Below are positions 8,404 to 13,487 of a stretch of DNA of 13,487 nucleotides, piece after piece. The stretch covers positions 1-13,487 of the forward strand of contig JBJCIZ010001204.1 of NCBI GenBank assembly GCA_051294375.1. The letters run 5' to 3'. Each line of letters opens with the position of its first letter. The stretch's first letter is position 1. The notes beneath the pieces were generated by a model that did not search any database, had not been told where the DNA came from, and saw only the letters and a list, made by a program, of their open reading frames with translations. The DNA comes from Paraspadella gotoi (taxonomy: Eukaryota; Animalia; Chaetognatha). Made by a program: the position numbers and the translations under genes.

Positions 8404-8746
8404 GTTCAGTTTAATTTCTTGAAAGCGATTTATATTGGCTCAGCCACTGGTTCAGTTTAATCTCTTGAAAGCAATTTACTTATATTGGCTCAGCCACTGG
8501 TTCAGTTTAATCTCTTGAAAGCAATTTACATATATTGGCTCAGCCACTGGTTCAGTTTAATCTCTTGAAAGCGATTTAAATATATTGGTTCAGCCACTGG
8601 TTCAGTTTAATCCCTTAAAAGCGATTTACATATATTGGTTCAGCCACTGGTTCAGTTTCTCTTGAAAGCGATTTACATATATTGGCTCAGCCACTGGTTC
8701 AGTTTAATCCCTTGAAAGCGAATTACATGTATTGGCTCAGCCACTG
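8404..8746 (+). repeat. 50-bp tandem repeat, 7 copies (GTTCAGTTTAATCTCTTGAAAGCGATTTACATATATTGGCTCAGCCACTG)
   Basis: Units start at 8404, 8450, 8500, 8550, 8600, 8650 and 8697; high identity. Confidence 0.97.
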
Positions 8747-9255
8747 GTTGATCAATTGATTTATAGAATTTTTCATAGTCTGTTATGATTTATTTTATGA
8801 TCTGTTATGATTGGTAAAGATTTCCACTAAATTATCTTAGGCAGATCTGACATTGTTTGCTCAAACTTTTTTTTTAGGAATTTTTAGGTTAGTGAATGGG
8901 GACAATTTTTACACTTTTGATTAATTGGTTTATAATATGTCGCTGAGTAATATTCATTTGTTTGTTTCTTATTTTTGTAAAAATTGACTAATAAATTTGA
9001 GTAATTAACGATGCTGCTCCGTACTGCTGCAAAAGACTAAATAAAGATAAAAATGACCAAAATCCTTGCAAAAAATTTTGGAAAAGTAATTCTCATTATA
9101 TTCTTATAGTATTCTTCTACTGTTGTTCTTCTATTGTTGCCACAACGTAAATTATTAGTTCTCGGCGACATCAGAGCGAGGTGAGTTATATTTAATCAAA
9201 CTCCAGTGAAGGTTTGGCAAATTATGGTGGATTAAAATCTACCAACCGTTCATCA

Positions 9256-9328
9256 GCGGCCAATGGTGCCAGAGGCCAGTCATTCGCCTCCCAACCCAAA
9301 GGGTTCTAGTCCAGTCCAGAGGGACGGG
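9256..9328 (+). pseudogene. Possible degenerate tRNA-Gly-like / tRNA-derived SINE head
   Basis: A-box-like TGGTGCCAGAGG, anticodon-arm-like ATTCGCCTCCCA and weak B-box-like GGTTCTAGTCC/AGTCCAGTCC in a GC-rich patch. No proper cloverleaf; abuts the gap. Confidence 0.25.
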
Positions 9329-9338
9329 NNNNNNNNNN
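9329..9338. other. Assembly gap (10 N)
   Basis: Run of N in the sequence. Confidence 1.
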
Positions 9339-9763
9339 CGCCTTTAACACAGTGTTACAGCCTGATATTGCTTATATTGAACGGTTCTGTCACTAACTCT
9401 TAACAATAATTACTGTCTCTTCAAACTTTTCAATTAAATCTCATAAGTATTCCAAGATATTACTTCTTGTTATCCCTACGCTCGTTACCGCTCGCTCGTT
9501 TTTTTCCTTATTTTTTCTATGGGAACAAAATACGGTAAACCATATTTTTAAAGCCGAAAAGATTTGACCTTTCTGACATCATACGTCTTCTGTCTCTGTA
9601 TGGTTGTTAAACTATTACTGTAAACTATGAAAGTACTCGTGTTTATTCTTTCAAAAATATTTTTTCAATTATCTCACCACCTGTACCAGTCACGGTGCTC
9701 AACTTCGGATATGTTTGTTAAGGGGGCAAGGGTTTTCCATGCAAACTATCACGAATTAACAGG

Positions 9764-9783
9764 ATTGATGCTCCTCCCCTTAA
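9764..9783 (+). mobile_element. Right TIR of Kolobok-like element plus TTAA
   Basis: ATTGATGCTCCTCCCC-TTAA, exact reverse complement of 2037-2056. Confidence 0.65.
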
Positions 9784-10122
9784 ATTAATATGAATTTATC
9801 CTTCTCTTTATTTCTTTGTTATTTCCCTAGCGAAACTATCTGAAAACAAAAGGCTCTTTCAATTGTTTTGTTAAAAAAATGTTTTCAAGTTCTCAATTTA
9901 ACTTACACTTACATTTTAGATACTAAAGTATTACACCTAGGAAAATATCATAAAAATGCTCCATCTTATGTTTGTTATTGATTAATACATTATGCCTCTT
10001 GGAGATGGAAATTCGGCACGACTTTGTTCTTCCATTCCTCTCTGACCTTATCTTCAGCTGTTACTCATCACTAATATCTGTCCACTCTAAAACTCTTTAT
10101 TTGAATTTAAAACTTTCTTGTA

Positions 10123-10212
10123 TCACTCTCTCTCTATCTTTTCACACTCTCTCTCTCTCTATCTCTCGCTCTCAAACTCTCTCTTTCACACTCTTTCACT
10201 TCTCCTCTCTCG
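10123..10212 (+). repeat. Degenerate (TC)n microsatellite
   Basis: Direct reading. Followed by sequence weakly resembling the foldback arm at 11478-11532. Confidence 0.85.
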
Positions 10213-10870
10213 TATTTTCGCTGATTAAATCTCGCAATTAGAGCCAAAACATGTCCATTTTAAATAAATCGTTGTTTGTAAACAAATAAAAAGTTTTCAG
10301 ATTTTTCTGCTTTTACCATGAGAAATAATTACGAAGTTATTAAAAGATTTTGGGACCTTGCGTTCGGTCATTTTTTCCCTGGTCATAGTCTTTTCACCGT
10401 TCTTATGGCTTTCTTTCGGCAAAAACCTCGTCACTAGTTATCCAATCATAATTGTTTCTCTATAAAATATCAGCTGTATAAAACCGTAGTTTTTACGGAA
10501 TCCAAGGATTTTTTAAACAAATATATTTTTACAACATTTATCTATGAAAATAAACTTATTACAATTTATTCATCATTTGACATTTACGTTGAGATTTGGA
10601 AACCCTAATCTAAGAAATATTTGCCGGCCAATGCAAGAGTAAATAAATCAGCGGAAAAAATCGAGGGGTTGGGACCCTATATCGAATATCAAAATAGTTG
10701 GAAAATTCGAAATTAATTCAAATGTATCATAAAAAAAACGATACAATTGTTGGAACAGTAGGACTTCGTGAAAATTGAAAAAATCTAGTTTGGTCAATGA
10801 CCTATGAAGGGCATTATTTATTTTATTATTTTATACATTGTATTAGCCTTTCTTTTAGTTGTTTGTTTAG

Positions 10871-11566
10871 ATTTAAGAGAGATGAAAGTTTATCGCGAAA
10901 CAACAATTAATTTTATTTTGTAATGAAATCGATATTTTGTCTCGATTCGAGTCATCAGCGTTTGAAATCATAAATTTCATTTTTCACAAACATCAAGTTG
11001 GTGAGAGAGAGACAGAGGGAAAGAATAGGAGTAAAGATAGTGGTCAGATGTGAGGACAGGTAAAGATGAGGAAAGGGTAAGAAGGGAGCAGTGAATTTGA
11101 AAACTGGTGAAAAGAGGAGAGAGAGAGAGAAAGAGTTACAGAGAAAATAATGCATTTGGTAATGTACAACAATGATGAATGAGAAAAACTTAACACAACA
11201 AAGAATTAATAATTAGCTGATGTTTATAAAATTTGAAGTAATGAAAGTAATGAAATTGAAATAGAAGAATAGTTGAGGGATAGATAAAATAAAGGTAAGT
11301 AAAAAATAAGTAAAGAAAAGAGCTCAAAATGAGCTGGCATCTGACCACTATCCTTACTGAATTTTTTTGTTGGAAACTCTCTCCTATTATTTCTTTCTCT
11401 CTCTCTCCTCGCTCTCTCTCTCTCTCTCTCTGTCTCTTTCTCTCTCACTAACTTGATGTTTGTGAAAAATAAAATTTGTGATTTCAAACGCTCAAATCGA
11501 GTTGACACATGTCCGATTTTATTACAAATAAAATTAATCGTTCGCGAAAACTTTTCTCTCCTAAAT
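10871..11566. repeat. Foldback with ~140-bp inverted arms (10871-11017 / 11428-11566) and purine/pyrimidine-skewed interior
   Basis: The rc of agcgtttgaaatcataaatttcatttttcacaaacatcaagttggtgagagaga matches tctctcactaacttgatgtttgtgaaaaataaaatttgtgatttcaaacgct. Outer parts also align (tcgcgaaacaacaattaattttattttgtaat / attacaaataaaattaatcgttcgcga). Confidence 0.9.
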
Positions 11567-11765
11567 ATTTTATAAAAGTGGATAGTTTAGATGATATTTA
11601 GCTAGTCTAGATACTTAGAATTAGTTTAGCATACATATTGACTTTATTTATCATGGTTGATCTAAAACTTCCATTTTTTTAAGTTTTAGTTTTGTTCGAT
11701 CTAATTTGCATATTACAGTTTATTTATTCCGATGGATAATAAATAAAATAGTTTATTTTAGGTAT

Positions 11766-11779
11766 TGCTCCTCCCCTAA
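11766..11779 (+). mobile_element. Partial Kolobok-like right TIR (TGCTCCTCCCC-TAA)
   Basis: 11-bp match to the TIR end at 9769-9779; TTAA is imperfect. Confidence 0.4.
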
Positions 11780-11780
11780 C

Positions 11781-11820
11781 TATAGAGCCGAAATCTGCTA
11801 TAAGCAGATCTGGCTAAAAA
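11781..11820 (-). mobile_element. Isolated family A head hairpin
   Basis: The rc is tttttagccagatctgcttatagcagatttcggctctata, matching the heads at 2276 and 7081. Confidence 0.75.
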
Positions 11821-11893
11821 TTAGATAAAGTGGGACAAAACAATTTTTCAGTTTGATGCAGACCACTTTGGCTCTTAATATCAATATTTAAAC

Positions 11894-12070
11894 CTTCTTG
11901 AAAACTCCAGGAGATGCGATGAATAGGAGACGAAGTCGTTGAGTGACGGTATTGTTGTGATTAGAGGTTGGGGTGGTGGATGGGGATGCAAGGCCTGGAG
12001 CGGCAAGGGTGGACGGAGATGCAGGAGACGTGAAGGAAGTCTTGAAGGATGGCGGAGGAGAAATATTCAC
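11894..12070 (-). CDS. Putative internal exon (177 bp, phase 0/0) encoding a Ser/Pro/Thr-rich peptide of an unknown protein
   Basis: GC-rich island in AT-rich DNA; minus strand ttaacctcttAG|gtgaat...aagaag|GTttaa; 59 open codons VNISPPPSFKTSFTSPASPSTLAAPGLASPSTTPTSNHNNTVTQRLRLLFIASPGVFKK. The other two frames contain stops. Confidence 0.55.
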
Positions 12071-12181
12071 CTAAGAGGTTAATTTTTTAAATAAAAAATA
12101 TGTACATATTGCGCAATAGGGTGGAGCGATGAAAATATTGAGCGATTTGAATATTATCTTTTTGCTGCCTATGGACAAATT

Positions 12182-12214
12182 CTTAATTACATGTCCATTG
12201 GACATGTAATTAAG
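12182..12214. repeat. Perfect palindrome, 16-bp arms with 1-nt centre
   Basis: CTTAATTACATGTCCA-T-TGGACATGTAATTAAG. Confidence 0.95.
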
Positions 12215-12379
12215 GAATTTAAATACTTCGAAAATTTTTTGAAGCATAACAGTATAGTAAATTCAATTATTTATGTAGTTAGTATCTTTATAAAATCATA
12301 AAATTTTAAAAATTTTATTTTATATTAAAAAACAGATTTGGATTCGCCATAAAAAAATAAGAAACTTTTATAGAATATA

Positions 12380-12959
12380 TTATGAAATTGGTACAACCAA
12401 TATAAAAATTATCATTCATTTAATAAATAAGCTATCTGTCCCTGACTTTGGACAGGCTTTGGTGGTTTAAGGCCTCCATCACACTTACAAGATAATAACA
12501 TAGCAGGATTCTGCAAGCTTTCAATCAAGACTCTCTCACAGTCTTATTTATTCACTCCCAGTGAACCTGGCTTCCCTATCAATGAAGTGGTATAATATTT
12601 TAAAGAATGTTCAATTGTATGAAAAAGACCACTCCCTTAAGTATTAGATCGGGGAATACTATATTGTACTCCGCACAGCATCAAAATACAAGGAGCTGAA
12701 TTTTATGAAATTGGTACAACCAATATAAAATTATCCATTCATTTAATAAAATAAGCTATCTTGTCCCTGACTTTGGACAGGCTTTGGTGGTTTAAGGCCT
12801 CCATCACACTTAACAGATAATAACATAGCAGGATTCTGCAAGCTTTCAATCAAGATCTCTCACAGTCTTATTTATTCACTCCCAGTGAACCTGGCTTCCC
12901 TATCAATGAAGTGGTATAATATTTCAAGAATGTTTCAATTGTATGAAAAGACCACTCCC
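12380..12959 (+). repeat. Direct duplication of ~257 bp (12380-12636, 12703-12959) with a 66-bp spacer
   Basis: Copies are nearly identical; differences are almost all 1-bp indels. Confidence 0.97.
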
Positions 12960-13125
12960 ACTATATAATATTTTTATTGAGGATTTTAGCCGTAACGCTG
13001 TCAGCGAGCTAGTGTATTCTGACTTGCTTTTCATTTATAGAAATTCGAAGTATATAAATTTAGTAATATTTATTGTAATAGACATAACATAAGCGTGAGA
13101 CGTGAAGCAAGTAGAAAGGATACAT

Positions 13126-13462
13126 AAAGCAAGTCGAAGGGAGACAATGTCGGATCTGCCTACGATAATTAATTAATTAATTAATTAATCGATTAATTAA
13201 TTAATTAATTAATTTTAATATGTAATAATTAATTTTAAATTTATATTCAACTTATCATCATCGATGTCCTTAAAATTGGGTTAGGACAGTTATTAAATAT
13301 GTTTTGTTTACATTTTATTAAAACAAACAAATGTCCTTTATTTTATTTTAGTCTCCTTGTCTCTCTCACTCTCTCTTCTCTCTCTCTCTCTCTCTCTCTT
13401 TTTATGCAAATTGCGACGATCTTTATGCTTTTAAGATTTTTTTAACTTGCATCATTTTTTCA
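13126..13462 (-). mobile_element. Family A HINE-like tail portion, copy 3 (probably continues beyond the window)
   Basis: The rc aligns to 3483-3655 (gatgcaagttaaaaaaatc..gatcgtcgc..tgcataaaa(GA)n..aggagac) and then directly to 5020-5306. Tail GTAGGCAGATCCGACATTGT at 13163-13144, ending gacttgcttt. Confidence 0.85.
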
Positions 13463-13487
13463 CATTAATTATTAATTAATTAACTAA

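Larger units (their letters stand above)
7077..8871 (+). mobile_element. Family A HINE-like element, end-to-end copy 2 (duplicated head, one central repeat, two internal tandem arrays)
   Basis: Head tagttggatctgcttattgcagattccaactctata (7081-7116); second partial head 7185-7207; (GTCC)n 7301-7318; core 7340-7470; tail GCAGATCTGACATTGT 8841-8856, then aaactttt. Confidence 0.7.

Noticed and set aside
8404-8746. CRISPR array
   Set aside because: The whole 50-bp unit repeats with no unique spacers, there are no cas genes, and the context is eukaryotic.
9053-9186. Signal-peptide-like first exon ending at GAG|GTGAGT
   Set aside because: The ATG frame stops after 18 codons and needs a frameshift to reach the donor; unsupported.
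10624-10635. CCGGCCAATGCA, like the tRNA-Gly 3' end or an LTR primer-binding site
   Set aside because: Only 12 bp, with no upstream tRNA body, no CCA/TGG and no adjacent LTR.
9972-11508. ORFs 9972-10241, 10955-11155 and 11224-11508
   Set aside because: Dominated by microsatellite-derived SL or ER runs and foldback arms.
12380-12959. LTR pair (TRIM-like element)
   Set aside because: No TG..CA termini, PBS, PPT or TSD are apparent; treated as a simple duplication.

Overview
AT-rich eukaryotic (probably animal) intronic or intergenic DNA from a draft scaffold with a 10-N gap at 9329-9338. It is almost entirely nested non-autonomous transposon and tandem-repeat sequence. I find no complete gene, rRNA, intact tRNA or CRISPR array; most supplied ORFs are microsatellite or low-complexity artefacts. 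The main structure is a DINE-1/HINE-like (Helentron-associated) family, here called family A. It has a palindromic head TTTTAGTCGGATCTGCTTATCAGCAGATCCCGACTCTATA, a GTCC microsatellite, ~140-bp central repeats and a tail subTIR GCAGATCCGACATTGT..ACTTG(T/C)T. Two end-to-end copies (2276-5306, 7077-8871) and three partial minus-strand copies are present. The first copy contains a second HINE-like element (family B, ~3660-5019) nested in opposite orientation. The second copy carries an expanded 17-bp array and a 50-bp array. Also present are TTAA-flanked Kolobok-like TIRs, two (GA)n/(TC)n foldback structures, a probable decayed LINE 3' end, a 257-bp near-tandem duplication, a perfect 33-bp palindrome and one plausible minus-strand internal exon (11894-12070). 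All alignments were done by eye; family assignments are structural inferences, not database hits.
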